The translations under genes and the position numbers were made by a program. From positions 1 to 62,772 of the forward strand of contig JAJYIW010000001.1 in assembly GCA_021789855.1 (NCBI GenBank): 62,772 nucleotides of DNA, in the 5' to 3' direction. Positions 45,308-55,630 of this stretch are shown in pieces. The first letter of the stretch is position 1; each line of letters opens with the position of its first letter. The stretch is from Chloroflexota bacterium. Its GTDB lineage: Bacteria > Chloroflexota > Anaerolineae > Anaerolineales > Anaerolineaceae. The notes below the pieces were generated by a model. That model had not been told where the DNA came from. It saw only the letters and a program-made list of their open reading frames with translations, and made no database searches.

Positions 45308-46684
45308 TTAAGCGGAAATCACCTTGTTCAGGCCAGCCGCCTTGAGCATTTCCTCATTGCTGGCGAATTTAAATTCATCCCATCCCCTCTCAATCGCTTC
45401 CGCCTTTTCTGCTGCCTCCAACCGCTCAAGATCCAATTTTGTGACCACCGGCCTGGTCATTTTCCTCAAATTTCGGTGAATTTCTTCCAGCGGTAACCGG
45501 CTCAGCGCAGGTAACGTCTGCAAATAGGCCAGTACCGCGCGCGCCCCATTGATACCGTCCTTCCTGGCTACTCCCACCAGGCCAGTGCTGGCTTTTCTTG
45601 ACCACCCGGCCATAAACGTCCCTTCCAAAGCGCACCCTGAAACGTGGTCACATAATTCGTAGGACAGGCCCTCCACAGGAAAACTCGGGTTGGGGTTTTT
45701 TAAGTACTCATTCCCATCCAGGGGCAGGCCAATATGGGTATCGACCCGATCGCCAATCGCAAAAATAACCGTATCCACATCGATGGTTTGGGTGGTTCCC
45801 AGGCCGCATGCCTTAATTTCTCCATCCACCTTCACCAGGGTATTATTTTCCAGCACAATCCCACACACGCGACCCATTGAATCGCCTAATATCCGTCGTG
45901 GGGAGACAAGGAATTTGAAGGTCAGGTGGGTCTTATATGGGACCTCCGGCGCTTTTTGCAATGCTGCGTTAACCAACTCTTTTAAGTGAATAGACGATTG
46001 ATCATTCGCGTGGGCTACGGATGAGGCATGCTCCAGCTCTTTTTCCAGGCTCAGAAGATCCAGGCTAGGGACGACGTACGCCAGTTCCTCCTTAGTGAAT
46101 TTAACCTCGCTTGGCCCGCGACGTGCCACGGCCATTATTTCATGGACGTGCTTTTCATAGATCAGCCAGTGGGCAATGTCCAGCATCACATTGCCCATCC
46201 CCACCATCAATACCCGCCGGCCGATGTTAAACGTTTCCTGGCTGAAAGGGGGTAACTGGTTGTAGTGATACACAAGATCTTTCGCATGGTAAACGCCTTC
46301 CATGGCTTCACCCGGTAAGCCCAACCATTTCGTTCCCTGGGCTCCGGCCGTTACCAGGATAGCCTGAAAACCCATTTCACGCAGCTCTTCCAGGCTCAGG
46401 TCACTGGTGTTGCCAACCAGGACATTGCCATAATATTCAACTTGCGGGAGGCCTAGAATCTGGTGAAATTGTGCGCGCAATCCTTCTTTCATCTTGTGCT
46501 TATCCGGGTAGATGCCATATTCCGCCAGGCCGCCCGGTTTAATATCCCGGTTAAACAGAAATACATAAGCGCCTTCACTGGCCAGGTGCCTGGCCGCATA
46601 GAGGCCGGCCGGGCCGGCGCCAACCACAGCGACTAAATAATGAGGGTGAACTGTCTCGTCCAATAGTATTTCTCCTGTAAACAA
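45308..46684 (-). CDS. FAD/NAD(P)-dependent oxidoreductase (adrenodoxin-reductase/FprA or GltD-like)
   Basis: 'VAVVGAGPAGLYAARHLASEG' is a dinucleotide fold, 'RVLMVGMGNVMLDIA' a second Rossmann motif, and 'PGGLAEYGIYPDKHKMK' is also present. TTG start. Confidence 0.7.
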   Translation of the reverse strand: MFTGEILLDETVHPHYLVAVVGAGPAGLYAARHLASEGAYVFLFNRDIKPGGLAEYGIYPDKHKMKEGLRAQFHQILGLPQVEYYGNVLVGNTSDLSLEELREMGFQAILVTAGAQGTKWLGLPGEAMEGVYHAKDLVYHYNQLPPFSQETFNIGRRVLMVGMGNVMLDIAHWLIYEKHVHEIMAVARRGPSEVKFTKEELAYVVPSLDLLSLEKELEHASSVAHANDQSSIHLKELVNAALQKAPEVPYKTHLTFKFLVSPRRILGDSMGRVCGIVLENNTLVKVDGEIKACGLGTTQTIDVDTVIFAIGDRVDTHIGLPLDGNEYLKNPNPSFPVEGLSYELCDHVSGCALEGTFMAGWSRKASTGLVGVARKDGINGARAVLAYLQTLPALSRLPLEEIHRNLRKMTRPVVTKLDLERLEAAEKAEAIERGWDEFKFASNEEMLKAAGLNKVISA

Positions 46685-46828
46685 GGAAAATTATACTGAA
46701 TCGATTTTCCAAAATCCAGGCTCTATGCTATAGTCTAGGCATTGAAGATACCTTTTTTACGAATGGTAACCACCAATGAATAAGCAGAATCCAATCCTCG
46801 ATGCCACGAGCCACTCCTATTCGCTGGA

Positions 46829-48130
46829 ATGACCTGGAGAAAAATCATGCCTGAACCTGTTACGCAAGTAAAGTTGGGCAACGGGCTTATTGTTCAATTG
46901 AAAGAAATTCACACCTCGCCGATCATCAGCCATTGGATCTGGTACCGGGTGGGTTCCCGGGATGAGCTTCCGGGGAAAACTGGCCTATCCCATTGGGTCG
47001 AGCACATGCAATTTAAAGGGACACGCCAGTTTCCCCCCACTGTGCTCGATAAAGCCATTTCCCGCGAGGGCGGCACATGGAATGCCTTCACCTATCTGGA
47101 TTGGACAGCCTACTACGAGACCCTGCCAGCGGAGAAAATTGACCTTGCCTTACGCCTGGAATCCGATCGCATGACCAACAGCTTGTTTGCCCCCGGCGAG
47201 GTCGAGTCCGAGCGAACCGTTATCCTGTCCGAGCGGGAAGGGAGCGAGAACGAGCCCCTGTTTCGCCTTAGCGAGGCGGTTCAATCCAGTGCATTTGCGA
47301 TCCATCCTTACCGCCACGAGATCATCGGGGAAAAAGACGACCTGCTAAAGATCACCCGCGACGACTTATACAACCATTACCGCGCTTACTACTTGCCGGT
47401 AAACGCGGTCCTCTCCATCGCCGGTGATTTCGACATGCAGGCCATGCTGGAACGGGTGACAGAATTATATTCTCCCCTTGCTTCCGGCCCGCAGCCCCCT
47501 CACCCTGCCCAGCCAGAGCCCGCACCGGCGGAGGAAAAATACATCACGCTGCATGGCCCAGGTGAGACCACCTATATCCAGGTAGCCTTCCATGCGCCTT
47601 GCGCCTCTGATCCAGATTTCTTCGCCTTCATGGTCATGGATAGCCTTTTATCTGGCCCTTCTGGATTGAGCATCTTTGGCGGGGGAGGAATATCCAACAA
47701 GACCAGCCGCCTGTACCGTGCACTGGTGGATAAAGAGCTGGCTATCAGCGTGAATGGGGGTTTCCAACCCACCATCGATCCTTTCCTATACGACATCACC
47801 CTGACCGCTCATCCCGAAAAAGCCCCACAAGATACCATCGCTGCCCTCGACGCGGAAATTCAATGGCTACAAGAAAAGCCAGTGCCCGAACAGGAGATTG
47901 CCCGGGCTATCAAACAGGCCCGTGCTCTGTTTGCTTATGGCAGTGAGAACATTACCAGCCAGGCCTTATGGCTGGGTTACACAGAGATGTTCGCCAGTTA
48001 CGAGTGGTTCACCCGTTACGTCGAAAACCTGGCTAAGGTCACTCCATCCGATATTCAATCGATCGCTAAAAAATATCTGCAGCCCGATCATCGCCTGGTT
48101 GGCGTTTATCTTCCTGGCGAGGGGAGTTAA
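46829..48130 (+). CDS. M16-family zinc peptidase (active subunit)
   Basis: 'GLSHWVEHMQFKGT' is the inverted zinc motif HxxEH. An alternative start is ATG 46847. Confidence 0.85.
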   Translation: MTWRKIMPEPVTQVKLGNGLIVQLKEIHTSPIISHWIWYRVGSRDELPGKTGLSHWVEHMQFKGTRQFPPTVLDKAISREGGTWNAFTYLDWTAYYETLPAEKIDLALRLESDRMTNSLFAPGEVESERTVILSEREGSENEPLFRLSEAVQSSAFAIHPYRHEIIGEKDDLLKITRDDLYNHYRAYYLPVNAVLSIAGDFDMQAMLERVTELYSPLASGPQPPHPAQPEPAPAEEKYITLHGPGETTYIQVAFHAPCASDPDFFAFMVMDSLLSGPSGLSIFGGGGISNKTSRLYRALVDKELAISVNGGFQPTIDPFLYDITLTAHPEKAPQDTIAALDAEIQWLQEKPVPEQEIARAIKQARALFAYGSENITSQALWLGYTEMFASYEWFTRYVENLAKVTPSDIQSIAKKYLQPDHRLVGVYLPGEGS

Positions 48131-48135
48131 TCAAG

Positions 48136-49449
48136 ATGCCCATGAAATCCAAAAGGCGCAGCCACCAGATAGCATCCACTGCGTATGCCACCCTGCCTGG
48201 GGCGGATGACATCACCCGGGTAGAATTTTCAAACGGCCTGATCTTGCTCACCCGGCCTAATTTTAATAGCCAATCGGTGGTGATCGGCGGTTATCTACCG
48301 GCTGGAAGCCTGTATGAGCCGGATGAAAAGCTGGGGCTGGCCCACTTTACCGCTTCTGCTTTGATGCGCGGCACCCGGGAGCATGCTTTCCAGGCGATTT
48401 ATGACTCGCTCGAATCGGTCGGCGCCAGCCTTGGGTTTGGAGCCGGCATGCATAACACGGGCTTTACCGGGCGGGCGTTGGCCGAGGACCTGACCATGCT
48501 GCTCAAGTTACTGGTAGAAGTGTTGCAGCAGCCCTCTTTCCCTGCCGACCAGGTCGAACGCTTGCGCGCGCAAATCTTGACCGGCCTTGATATCCGCGCT
48601 CAGGACACCGGCGAAATGGCTTCATTGACCTTCGATAAAATAATCTTTAGCGGCCATCCTTACAGTCGCCCTGAAGATGGTTATCCTGAAACGATCCGGT
48701 CTATTACGATTGAAGACCTGGCCCACTTCCACCAGGACTTTTATGGGCCACAACGAATGGTGCTGGCAATCGTTGGCGCGATTACCCCTTCCCAGGCGGT
48801 TGATGAGGTGGGGCAGACATTGGGAAAGTGGTACAATCCGCGCCAGCCAGGTCCTGTCACCCTCCCTGACCTGGCCACTATGGATAGAACCACAAGGGAA
48901 CATGTGAATATCGCCGGGAAAAGCCAGACAGACCTGATGATCGGGGCTATTGGCCCGGCGCGTAAATCCCCCGAGTTTATATCCGCTTCACTGGGGAATA
49001 ACATCCTTGGGCAGTTTGGCATGTACGGGCGGATTGGAGACGTGGTAAGGGAGCAATCGGGGCTGGCCTATTATGCCTATACCAACTTAAATGCCGGGAT
49101 AGGGCCGGGCTCGTGGGAAGTTTCTGCTGGGGTAAATCCTAAAAACCTGGAAAAAACGATCGCTCTCATCATTTCTGAAATATCCCGGTTTATCCGCGAG
49201 CCGGTAACGGCGGGTGAGCTGGCAGATAGCCAGGCCAATTATGTCGGCCGGCTGCCCCTTTCACTCGAATCGAACATGGGCATGGCCGGTGCGTTAATTA
49301 ACCTCGAACGGTTTAACCTGGGCCTGGATTATTACCGCCACTACCCGGACCGGGTCTACCAGGCTACCCCCGAATCCGTCCTGGAAACAGCGCGGGCTTA
49401 TCTTAATCCTGAAAAGCTGGCAATTGTCAGCGCGGGTTCATTGGAATGA
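48136..49449 (+). CDS. M16-family peptidase, non-catalytic partner subunit
   Basis: It has the same fold signature, but HxxEH is replaced ('GLAHFTASALMRGT'). It lies 5 nt downstream of the active subunit. Confidence 0.8.
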   Translation: MPMKSKRRSHQIASTAYATLPGADDITRVEFSNGLILLTRPNFNSQSVVIGGYLPAGSLYEPDEKLGLAHFTASALMRGTREHAFQAIYDSLESVGASLGFGAGMHNTGFTGRALAEDLTMLLKLLVEVLQQPSFPADQVERLRAQILTGLDIRAQDTGEMASLTFDKIIFSGHPYSRPEDGYPETIRSITIEDLAHFHQDFYGPQRMVLAIVGAITPSQAVDEVGQTLGKWYNPRQPGPVTLPDLATMDRTTREHVNIAGKSQTDLMIGAIGPARKSPEFISASLGNNILGQFGMYGRIGDVVREQSGLAYYAYTNLNAGIGPGSWEVSAGVNPKNLEKTIALIISEISRFIREPVTAGELADSQANYVGRLPLSLESNMGMAGALINLERFNLGLDYYRHYPDRVYQATPESVLETARAYLNPEKLAIVSAGSLE

Positions 49450-49817
49450 TTCTTAGAACAGGAATCGATATGATTGAGATCAACCGGCTGGAGCGACTCA
49501 GCCCCGCGATCAAAGACCGTTTTCTGAACCGGGTTTATACCCCTCTTGAACTGGCCGAAGTGGGACCGGTGACAGCCTCCCTGGCAGGACGCTTTGCTGC
49601 CAAGGAGGCCGTCGCCAAAGCGCTTGGAAGCGGCATCGGCGCTATTCACTGGAAGGATATCGAAATCAGGCGCGGCTCAGCCGGTGAGCCTATCCTGACG
49701 TTATATGGAGCGGCTGCCGCCCTGGCGAAGGAACAAGGCCTCCTGGATTGGTCGGTTAGCATCAGTCATAACAACACCCAGGCGATCGCGATGGTCGTCG
49801 CAATAGGGCCGGGTTAA
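49446..49817 (+). CDS. acpS: Holo-[acyl-carrier-protein] synthase
   Basis: 'GIDMIEINRLERL', 'FAAKEAVAKALG', 'SISHNNTQAIAMVV'. The ATGA start overlaps the upstream stop. Confidence 0.9.
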   Translation: MILRTGIDMIEINRLERLSPAIKDRFLNRVYTPLELAEVGPVTASLAGRFAAKEAVAKALGSGIGAIHWKDIEIRRGSAGEPILTLYGAAAALAKEQGLLDWSVSISHNNTQAIAMVVAIGPG

Positions 49818-50044
49818 TGGGAAGCGTGCGTGCCAATCCAGAAATGGTTGGGGAGAACAGAGCGATTGGAACGAATCTCAATCTTTCCAGGTTTCGGCGT
49901 GGATTCATTCAGCATACTGGGATGGACATAGCATAAATCCGGCGCCTGCCCGTATTTTTTTTGATAATAGTCCATAGCACGGGCGATCTTGCTGAAAAGA
50001 TCCGCCCTGGGGTCATTGTCAAACCAGAGCATTCCGATATTCAT
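49814..50044 (-). CDS. Small (76 aa) protein of unknown function
   Basis: ATG 50044 is preceded by AGGAGG and lies 16 nt after the upstream stop. 'MNIGMLWFDNDPRADLFSKIARAMDYYQKKYGQAPDLCYVHP'. The track's 164-aa version overlaps the upstream gene. Confidence 0.5.
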   Translation of the reverse strand: MNIGMLWFDNDPRADLFSKIARAMDYYQKKYGQAPDLCYVHPSMLNESTPKPGKIEIRSNRSVLPNHFWIGTHASH

Positions 50045-50060
50045 TATTACCTCCTGGGGA

Positions 50061-50909
50061 TCAATCCCCTGATTCAGGCACCCAATACGACATCCAGGCG
50101 TTATCCAGGCGGGTGCAAAATTCTGAACCTGCCATGAGTTGGCCTGCCTCGAGGTCGGGATAAATAGCCAGTTGCCGGGCAACCTCAGGTGAAGCGATGC
50201 GGCCAAACAGGCGGGTTCGAAACACATCGACCCAATATGGTAAGGATGTTGCCTGTCCGGCCAGCGCACTGGCAACCGGCCAAACGCCAACCTGCGCGCC
50301 ATTCTCAAGGAGCCAATGAAAAGTCATTTGATCGCTGGTCTCCAGGGTTTCGACCTGGGAAAGGTCTTCAATGATTAACAGAACCATCGGCCCATTCCGC
50401 CGGCCGGTAAACCGATCTTCGACCAGGCCTGCCAGGGAGTTAATGAGAGAGCTCAGAGAATCATGGTTCCAGGGATAAATACCCAGGCTGTGCTTCACCC
50501 CCTGGTATGGATCAAAAAGATCGGCCCACTCTTCGGGATGAGCGGTCACCACCCCAATCTGGATTTCGCGAGGCGATGCCAGGCGTAAGGCCGATTCCAC
50601 CATCACCTTAAGCTGGCGAGTCTTTCCACACCTGGCATCCCCTGTCACCAAGACTGGCCCTGAGGCCGGTTGGGCCAGGTCCAACAAAAACGGTAAGCCA
50701 TCTTCACATGCCCCTATCAGGATCGATTGGTAAGGCACAGGTTTTATAGAATAAAGCACCTGGCCTACCGTGGGGAGGCGCATGAGGGGCGTCATGTTCC
50801 AGGGCTCAGCCTCCCCTGACGAAGCCTTCGTGTTGGCTTTTTGTTTTAATTCGGGTAGTAAATGCTGGTAAGCTTCGAGCGCCAGCGCCATCAAACTCGT
50901 ATCGGCCAT
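50061..50909 (-). CDS. Single-domain FtsK/SpoIIIE/HerA-like P-loop ATPase
   Basis: Walker A 'VLVTGDARCGKT', Walker B 'MVLLIIEDLSQ', and the downstream 'RTRLFGRIASPEVARQL', which resembles the FtsK-domain C-terminal motif. There is no TM or DNA-binding gamma domain. Confidence 0.5.
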   Translation of the reverse strand: MADTSLMALALEAYQHLLPELKQKANTKASSGEAEPWNMTPLMRLPTVGQVLYSIKPVPYQSILIGACEDGLPFLLDLAQPASGPVLVTGDARCGKTRQLKVMVESALRLASPREIQIGVVTAHPEEWADLFDPYQGVKHSLGIYPWNHDSLSSLINSLAGLVEDRFTGRRNGPMVLLIIEDLSQVETLETSDQMTFHWLLENGAQVGVWPVASALAGQATSLPYWVDVFRTRLFGRIASPEVARQLAIYPDLEAGQLMAGSEFCTRLDNAWMSYWVPESGD

Positions 50910-51000
50910 GGTTTCACCTGCCTTTTTACAGATATAGAACTAATGTTCTATATCATTATAGACGTTTAAAACCGCCTGTCAAGGGGTTAACCAGGCCAAT

Positions 51001-52008
51001 TTAGGACATTTGTTCTGCTATTATCGACTTAAGCACCTCATCCAGGTAACGAATCACTTCACCGGACGTTTCCAGGGTGAGCAAATGGGTCATCCGCTCC
51101 GTCTCCAGGTGATAGGGAGTCAGGTACTTCTTCAAAAACTTCCGGAATTGGATAACCCCGCGATCCTGCCCATAGAATGCAGTCATTCGTTCCAGGTGTA
51201 AATGGATGGTCAGGCGGACCGTTTCCAGGGGAACTTCTGCGCGATCCAAACGTTGGAAAATCCAGGGGTTCGTGATAGCCGCCCGTCCGATCATCACAGC
51301 ATCACACCCGGTCTGAGCCTTCATGCGCTCAACATCCTCCAAAGTCTGGACATCGCCGTTCCCGATCACCGGGATGTTCAGGGCCGCTTTCACCCGCGTA
51401 ATGGCCTCCCAATCCACCTTGCCGCCATAGGCCTGCTGGCGGGTTCTCGCATGCACAGCCAGGAGCTTGCCCCCATTATCTTCCACGGCATGAGCTACTT
51501 CCAGGTAATTCAAGCTGTTCTCATCCCACCCCAGGCGGATTTTTCCGGTGACAGGAATGTCCAGGGCCTGGCTCAGGGATTTGAATATCGCGGCAATTTT
51601 GCCTGGCTCGCGGAGCAAAGCCGCGCCTGCACCGCGCCCCACCACGGAACGGGCATAACACCCCATGTTAATATCAATGATATCGGGATTCCGCTGGCGC
51701 AGCGCTAACGCCGCCTCTAACAGCCGGCCAGGATCGTTATCCAACAACTGATACACCACCGGCCTTTCCTCCTCGATGAAGGAAAGGCGTTTCTCCAGCA
51801 AGGGGTGTCCATGGATCACATCCACCCCATTGATAAATTCCGTATAACTCATCGCGGATCCCAACGCCCGGGCCAGTTGCCGGAAGGGCAAATCAGAGAT
51901 ACCATCCATTGGCGCTAAAACTAAGTCGCCATAAACAGGTACATTCCCCACATAAAACGTTGGGGTCAGCGCCGTACTGGTTGTAGGCATCCCGCTTTTC
52001 ACTTCCAT
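51001..52008 (-). CDS. tRNA-dihydrouridine synthase
   Basis: 'LAPMDGISDLPFRQLAR', 'DINMGCYARSV', 'TGKIRLGW', 'LAVHARTRQQAYGG', 'VIGNGDV'. Confidence 0.9.
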   Translation of the reverse strand: MEVKSGMPTTSTALTPTFYVGNVPVYGDLVLAPMDGISDLPFRQLARALGSAMSYTEFINGVDVIHGHPLLEKRLSFIEEERPVVYQLLDNDPGRLLEAALALRQRNPDIIDINMGCYARSVVGRGAGAALLREPGKIAAIFKSLSQALDIPVTGKIRLGWDENSLNYLEVAHAVEDNGGKLLAVHARTRQQAYGGKVDWEAITRVKAALNIPVIGNGDVQTLEDVERMKAQTGCDAVMIGRAAITNPWIFQRLDRAEVPLETVRLTIHLHLERMTAFYGQDRGVIQFRKFLKKYLTPYHLETERMTHLLTLETSGEVIRYLDEVLKSIIAEQMS

Positions 52009-52014
52009 AAATGA

Positions 52015-53298
52015 TTAGAGCGGCAAAGCCACAAAAGGCACAAGCATCTCTTCAGGGGTCAATCCGCCATGCCGGCCCAGTAAATGATTCTCCTTTTCAG
52101 CCCACCACAGGTAAGCCTGGCCGGTCGGCAGCACCACCAGGTCGCCCATCCGGTCGAGGGATTTTTCATACGCTGCCTCTGAGCCAAAGATTCCAGAGGC
52201 AACCAATGCTTCCGCCGGCGTTATCCAGAACTCACCCGGCCAGGTGTTCTCGATATAATCCACAACCTGGGCCCGTCTTTCGGGGCGGAGGTAGAAAAAA
52301 GCCAGGCGGTTCTCGCCGGTCGGCATAATATGAAGCCATTGCTTTAAGGCCGGGTGATGGCGCAGGTCGTACCTGGGATCGGCCGGTGTGTCGATCAGCC
52401 CGTGGTCAGCCACCATCAGCAACAAAGTTTTCTGGCCGGCTTTCCCTGAAAGCCGGTTCAAGAAGCCTGCTTCAAGCGACCGGCTAAAGGCGTCAAACTC
52501 CAACGCCACACGCTCATCGCTCGGGCCAAAATGGTGCGACAGCTCATCCAATTCGCCCCAATAGGCATAGGTGTACATCGGTTCACCGGGATGGTTCTCC
52601 ATCAATTGCCGTAGCCCAACCCATAAATCGCCTGGGGAGAGGAAAGCATGTGCCTTGACCTCTGGGAAATGCATGGCCGAAAGCCCCGAGGAAATAATGG
52701 CTTTGTGCATAAACGCATGAACCGATATACCTTTCTGGGTCAAGTAAGGGCCCAGGGTGGGAACCGGTAAAAAGGTTTCAGCCTGGAAGCCGGCTCGTTT
52801 TAGCCCACCGGTATCGCCATTAAAACTCATTGGCGCGTGTAAAATCATATTCGCCACCACCCCGTACTCTTTGAGCCACAGCTCATACCCCAGGATGCCG
52901 TGCTCAATCGGGCTCCGGCCTGTCCAAAGGGTGGTCAACACGGTCGCCGTGGTGCTGGGTGAGACGCTGGTTAACGGTGCTAACAGTCCTTTTGAAATAG
53001 CGCCGGTCCAGAATTGGCCCAGGCCCTGGGCCAGGTAGTTTTTCAACGATAGAAAGCCCAATCCATCCATCACCAGCAGAATAACCTTCTGGTAAGGACC
53101 ACCGCATAATTCAATGAGTTCGTTGCTTATGGGTGCATTTCCCATGGGCGGCACGCCCAGCAACTGGCAAAGGCTATCCGGCAGGTTTTTCAAGGAGTAG
53201 CCCTGGTATAAAGGTAATTGCCAGTGGGAATCAGGCGAGATGCCGGGAAGCCGGGTTGATTTCAGGTGGGGTAATATTCTTTCCGAGATATCGGGCAC
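52015..53298 (-). CDS. Alkaline-phosphatase-superfamily enzyme (type I phosphodiesterase/nucleotide pyrophosphatase-like)
   Basis: 'VILLVMDGLG' (metal Asp), 'SVSPSTTATVLTTLWTG' (Thr nucleophile region), 'LLMVADHGL', 'GRHGGLTPEEMLVPF'. Confidence 0.75.
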   Translation of the reverse strand: MPDISERILPHLKSTRLPGISPDSHWQLPLYQGYSLKNLPDSLCQLLGVPPMGNAPISNELIELCGGPYQKVILLVMDGLGFLSLKNYLAQGLGQFWTGAISKGLLAPLTSVSPSTTATVLTTLWTGRSPIEHGILGYELWLKEYGVVANMILHAPMSFNGDTGGLKRAGFQAETFLPVPTLGPYLTQKGISVHAFMHKAIISSGLSAMHFPEVKAHAFLSPGDLWVGLRQLMENHPGEPMYTYAYWGELDELSHHFGPSDERVALEFDAFSRSLEAGFLNRLSGKAGQKTLLLMVADHGLIDTPADPRYDLRHHPALKQWLHIMPTGENRLAFFYLRPERRAQVVDYIENTWPGEFWITPAEALVASGIFGSEAAYEKSLDRMGDLVVLPTGQAYLWWAEKENHLLGRHGGLTPEEMLVPFVALPL

Positions 53299-53472
53299 GT
53301 CTACCTCCTCAGGTTAAATCTATCCAATCTTACTACAAAAATTCAGGCGCCCAGGCGCTTCACGGTTCACTGTAGAGGTATGGGGCCGGCCTCGCCGCAA
53401 GAGGTCTACTCGCTGAACTTTCCCACATCGTGATAAGATTAGTTAAAACGATCGAGCATATCCAATCCCACG

Positions 53473-54639
53473 ATGGCATCTGTTCACTCTCGAATTTTGA
53501 ACCTGAATCGCCGCTGGCCCGCCGTTTTTATGGCGCTTTTTCTATGGTGCCTGGGGCTTTTGCTGATATTTAGCGCCTGCCAGGCCACCCCCACCCCGCC
53601 CACGCCTATCGCCCCCACCGATAGCCCTGTTCCCAGCCAGACAGCGACACTCCACCCCATTCCCACTTCTCGACCCACGCTCGCCCCCAGCGGGACGCCA
53701 GTGCTATCACCCACCCCCGGCCCCAGCCCTACCAGCACGGCTCTGCCGCCTTTAGTCGCCCATACCTGGCAGCCGGCGCCCGTCCTGGTGCAGGCCGGCT
53801 ATTATGACAAGGATAATTTATCGCCATTTGGCAAAGAGCCTTATCTGGTTTTGTATGCGACCGGCCAGCTCATTATGAAGCAATGCCAGGGAGCCCGCTG
53901 CACTCTGGGCACCCAAACCCTCGACCGGCAAGGAATTTGCTCATTTCTCAACACGATAGATCGCCAGGGCTTTTTCGATTATGACCCGAGTACCTTTCAG
54001 TCGCCGCAAGGAGGCGGCCGTGCCTTTTACCTGGAAGTGAATGCCTGGCGCTCGAAGTCAGTTCAAATCGACGGGCTGGACCAATGGTTGCAAGACCCAT
54101 CCTGGCTCGATAAGCAGCTCCACTGCACTAACTGCGTTGCCCGGCCCGTCGTCCTGGCCGCACTGGCTAACACCTTCGACTTTTTAAACCGGTACCATCC
54201 CACCGGATTGAAAACTTTCCAGGCGGATCGCCTGGCCGTGTGGATCAGCCAGCCATGGCTGGCAGGTACATCCACGCCCTGGCTACTCCAGGGTATCTCG
54301 TTATCCCAAATGTACACGGACTCGCGCTGCAGCGATCCTGCCAATGGGCGGGCTATCGAACTGACCGGGTCAGAGGCAGTCCGCGTGTCCGAATATGTTA
54401 ACCAGATCGTCAGCCTGGGCAACCCGCCGGTATTCACCGAAGGCAATCTGAAGCTGCAAGTGGTGGATCAATGGCTGCTACCCGGCGAAGTCGCGGCTGG
54501 CTGCGGCGAAACGACAGACTCGCTCCCAGCCGTCAGTTATCCTACACCTGATTTCCAGTTGCAATGCCAGCCCTCCGACGGCCTGATCCCCATTCCAACC
54601 CCCACCCTGCCTCCTCCTATACCCCTGCCATTACCCTGA
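53473..54639 (+). CDS. Secreted/anchored protein with Pro/Thr-rich linker, unknown function
   Basis: Signal-anchor 'VFMALFLWCLGLLLIFSAC', then a ~70-aa P/T/S-rich stretch, a Cys-containing globular part and a Pro-rich tail. Confidence 0.5.
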   Translation: MASVHSRILNLNRRWPAVFMALFLWCLGLLLIFSACQATPTPPTPIAPTDSPVPSQTATLHPIPTSRPTLAPSGTPVLSPTPGPSPTSTALPPLVAHTWQPAPVLVQAGYYDKDNLSPFGKEPYLVLYATGQLIMKQCQGARCTLGTQTLDRQGICSFLNTIDRQGFFDYDPSTFQSPQGGGRAFYLEVNAWRSKSVQIDGLDQWLQDPSWLDKQLHCTNCVARPVVLAALANTFDFLNRYHPTGLKTFQADRLAVWISQPWLAGTSTPWLLQGISLSQMYTDSRCSDPANGRAIELTGSEAVRVSEYVNQIVSLGNPPVFTEGNLKLQVVDQWLLPGEVAAGCGETTDSLPAVSYPTPDFQLQCQPSDGLIPIPTPTLPPPIPLPLP

Positions 54640-54696
54640 CGCCGGCTCTTGAAGCTTGATACAGGGGGCCATTAATCTCAAACCCAGCCCTGGATT

Positions 54697-55467
54697 TCAA
54701 CCCATCGCCAGGCACGCTTCGGCGGCCAGCCAGAAGAGTTGTTGGCGGATCGACCCCCGGCTGACCCAGTCACGGGAATCCCAAGCGCCGGGAATGACCA
54801 TATCCCCGCTATACAAGATCTGAGCAAATTCTACCCGCCGGAATTGCGCCACCGCGAAGAAGCTGGCTGCTTCCATTTCAACCGCCAGGCAACCTTCTTG
54901 TTTACGTAAACTGGCGCGCTCCGCCGTCTCGCGATAAATCGCATCGGTGGTCCAGGTTTTGGTCAATAGATAATCCACCTTGCGCCGTTTCAAAACCTGT
55001 TCGATCGCAGCCACACCCTCCGGGCTGGCGCTTACTTCACGTGCGGGAGGGAGGTAATGATACGACGTCCCTTCGTCTCGAACCGCCGAAATGGGAACCA
55101 ATAAATGGCCCACTGCAATCTCCGGAGCCAGAACGCCACATCCACCGCACGCGATGAACTTCCGGCAACCGCGGGCGATGGCCTCCTCCAGGATACCAGC
55201 CGCCAACGGCGCCCCCACACCTGGATGAAAAAAAGCCAGGCGCTGTCCCTGGACTTCCAGCTCATACATGGGATGATCTCCCATTTCAGAGATGAATTTG
55301 GTCACCTCACGCGCCCGGCCTGAAGCCACCAAATCCTGGATGACTTCCTGAAAGAAACAGACCACACAATGCTCGGCGACATCCATGGGCTTGAGGACGT
55401 GAGAGGGCTCGATAATGGCTTCAACGGCAGGATCATATTCAAGGATAGGATAAAACTGGCTATTCAT
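54697..55467 (-). CDS. Nucleoside phosphorylase (PNP_UDP_1 family)
   Basis: 'FFHPGVGAPLAAGILEEAI..FIACGGCG', 'VRDEGTSYHY', 'AVEMEAASFFAVA'. Confidence 0.75.
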   Translation of the reverse strand: MNSQFYPILEYDPAVEAIIEPSHVLKPMDVAEHCVVCFFQEVIQDLVASGRAREVTKFISEMGDHPMYELEVQGQRLAFFHPGVGAPLAAGILEEAIARGCRKFIACGGCGVLAPEIAVGHLLVPISAVRDEGTSYHYLPPAREVSASPEGVAAIEQVLKRRKVDYLLTKTWTTDAIYRETAERASLRKQEGCLAVEMEAASFFAVAQFRRVEFAQILYSGDMVIPGAWDSRDWVSRGSIRQQLFWLAAEACLAMG

Positions 55468-55630
55468 GAGAACTCCAGGAAAAAGCCTAAGGGTGAATGG
55501 CGGTCAAGGGTGCTATCATTCTAACACGAGGCCATGATCCATGGCCGAACTGCGCCAGGAAAGGCGCAAAAGTTTTATAATGATTAAGCTGAAGTGGAAA
55601 CTTACCCATCATTCCATGGACAGGTGCGCT

